This document shows positions 61,780 to 64,000 of a stretch of 64,000 bases of DNA, one piece after another. This stretch comes from Squalus acanthias (taxonomy: Eukaryota), in the NCBI GenBank assembly GCA_030390025.1, contig CM059432.1:141672001-141736000 (forward strand), written 5' to 3'. A program made the position numbers and the translations under genes. A model generated the notes under the pieces. That model did no database searches. It had not been told where the DNA came from and saw only the letters and a list, made by a program, of their open reading frames with translations. The stretch's first letter is position 1. Each line of letters begins with the position of its first letter.

Positions 61780-62575
61780 GGTTGCGACTAACCTGCTGCC
61801 TGTTTTGACGCTGATTGCAACACACCACAGCCCCGCCCCCTCCACGCTGTGACGCGTTTCGAACGCTGGGCCCCGCCCACTCGCCGCGAGCTGTCTGTGA
61901 CGTCGGCGGGGATGCGCAGTTGAGGATTGCGCAGGTTGCTCGAGCCTTCGCTGGTGTTTGCAGCGGTTCGTTGCGCGGCGGTTGATATTCCGCCAGAGGA
62001 AAAAAAAGAAGGAAAAGCATTCGCTTCCGAGACCGGGTACGTACAAGCGCTTCCCTCCTCAGATTTGTCCGTCCATGTGTTTAAATCGGGGAAACGAGAT
62101 AAACCGAGTGGGTAGGCTTGCTTCTTCAGATTAGGTGAGCGGGCGAAGCCGGGGCCCGGAGCCAGTTGAGGTGAAGTGGCCTTTTTCCCTTTCCCCCCCT
62201 TCCCTGAGCATTTCTTTACGTCTTCCCACCCGCAGCCCCCAATCGCGTCGGGCTGTGAAGCGGCTCCTGTTGCTTCATGAGCGGTGTGTTGCGGCGGCGG
62301 TGGGGGGGGTCGCCTCCTCCTCCTCTTCTTCTGTCGTCCCTCCTCCGTCGAGCGCTGCGCGAGAGCGAGGCGCTCGCCATCCGGGGCCTTGAGCGACCCC
62401 TGCGCCGCGAGCCGCAGAACGGCCGGGAGGCACGGTTGCCACGGTAACCGGGTCAGTCGGGGGGGGGGGGCGGGGCCGGGGTCCTGCCCACCCCGGATTG
62501 TGACTGTAAGCATTTGTCGCCGCGCACACACACAGACGGAACGGCGAGGCGGTAGCACGGATGTGGCTAGTGAGT
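61780..62575 (+). promoter_or_regulatory. CpG-island promoter with non-coding first exon(s), possibly SNRK by synteny
   Basis: High CpG density; GC boxes at 61831 and 61871; CRE-like TGACGTCG at 61898; X-box-like GTTGCCACGGTAAC at 62435-62448; plus-strand donors AG|GTGAGC (62135) and TA|GTGAGT (62570). Gene identity is inference only, as no coding exon is in the window. Confidence 0.65.
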
Positions 62576-62659
62576 ATGTGTGTATATACATACATTAAGA
62601 GTAACCCTTAATATCAGGTTTTTTTTTCCCCCACCGGCATTCGCTTGCTGATTAATTGG

Positions 62660-62985
62660 GGTTAAGTGGGTCGTACCATCGCCTCCGAGTCGCAAGGTTG
62701 TGGGTTCAAGCCCCACTCCAGAGACTCGAGAGCACAAAAATCTAGGCTGACACTCACTCCCCAGTGCAGTGCTGTTTCTCCCTCAATCAACATCACTAAA
62801 AACAGATTATCAGGTCGGTCATTAGCACATCGTTGTTTGTGGGAGCTTGCTGTGCGCAAATGGGCTGCCGCGTTTCTTCCATTAACAACAGAGACTCTCT
62901 CCACTTCAAACGTATTTCGGTGGCTGTAAAGCGCTCTGGGACGTCCTGAGGTCGCGAAAGGCGCTGTGGAAAATCTCTTTTCTAC
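62660..62985 (+). mobile_element. DeuSINE, internally deleted
   Basis: tRNA head and tail. Confidence 0.78.
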
Positions 62986-63381
62986 CGGCATTTGCTTACT
63001 GATTCATTTCCAGCCACCAACGCACTGGGCCCAGCTATTTGAAGGAACGAAAACATGAGGGAAAGTTTCTTGCCGCTGTCACAAAGTGAAAGGGGTAGCT
63101 GTTCCTGCATTGCAAGCATTTGAGATCGTCAACAGATCTGGCTTTTCCTCCCTGGATATTTAATATTTAACTCAAAGTCAGTTATCTGGCATTTCTTTGA
63201 GGTCGGTGGCGGCACTTATTCTGTAGCGTTGTGTTATCACAAAATGTTAATAGCTTTCCTATAGCATTGCTTACAGTAAGTCAGATAATGTGCTGTTTTA
63301 TAAGCGTAGGAGTGTTGTATCATGTATTATGCAGCTACAGTGGATCTGCGTTCTTTTAAGGCAACAAAATGTAATTACATT

Positions 63382-64000
63382 GGCCTGGAATTTGTGGTGG
63401 GTAATGATGGCGAACTGTCAGCATTCATGGTCACTACCCCTCTGAAACTGACCGTAACTTCAGGATTTAGTGCATCCGCAGCTAAACGCGGAAATCCTGA
63501 GGTTGCGGTCAGTCATTCACTGCTCTGACACAGACTGCGCTGTGGATCTCCATAGCCAGCAATTAGTGAAATCTGTGGAATTGACAAACTTAAGCTTTTC
63601 CACGCTAATATCGCTGTTAAACACCCCAGTAAATGTTAAACTTTGTTGGAATAGGTGTAACTGTGGTTTTAACAGCGTACTGACTGCTAAACAACCGTTC
63701 TGGTCCCGAAAACTAATTTTATATTTGTGGAATGTCAAATTTCTCCATTATAATAAACATTACTAGATTTTGAAAAATTAAATATTTTAAATATTTTCAT
63801 GATATTTCAGTTTCTACCATAATCCCATGTGAAAATCCCAATCTTTATTTCGCTCTTTGTAGTACTTTTTAAAAGTGCAGATAATTAGTGTTTCTCATTT
63901 CCTATTTGCGGTCTGAGAATTCTTTAATGTGATTAGCTGCTTAAACAGCTTGATGACGTCACTCCTGCACTAAGCTAGGAATCCCTTTTGACAGCGCTAC
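63382..64000. mobile_element. MITE-like non-autonomous DNA element, running off the window end
   Basis: GGCCTGGAATTTG terminus; internal palindrome AACTTCAGGATTT...AAATCCTGAGGTT, related to the 28229 element. Confidence 0.45.

Noticed and set aside
61760..62598. 267-aa and other ORFs in the CpG island
   Set aside because: Low-complexity, GC-driven open frames without recognisable domains.

Overview
Eukaryotic (vertebrate) DNA. The repeat content (HER1/CR1-type LINEs, L2, DeuSINE/SacSINE1-like SINEs, hammerhead-bearing Penelope hairpins) points to a cartilaginous fish, probably a shark. The only clear host coding sequence is POMGNT2 (single coding exon, minus strand, 12161-13894). A likely non-coding first exon and CpG promoter sit near 33.9-34.1 kb. 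A second CpG-island promoter at 61.8-62.6 kb may be the SNRK 5' end, inferred from vertebrate synteny only. Most of the rest is transposon debris. The most striking structure is a 4.7-kb array (34252-38928) of 14 head-to-tail ~332-bp units. Each unit is the identically 5'-truncated 3' end of a Tx1-clade LINE, separated by a 16-bp target sequence that belongs to a hammerhead-ribozyme-bearing Penelope repeat. That Penelope piece is itself nested in an L2, right beside the putative POMGNT2 promoter. Unit-to-unit differences in the Tx1 reading frame are almost all synonymous, which suggests a Penelope-targeting Tx1 family and possibly serial insertion or conversion. All family assignments come from my recognition of the sequences, not from database searches, and repeat boundaries are approximate.
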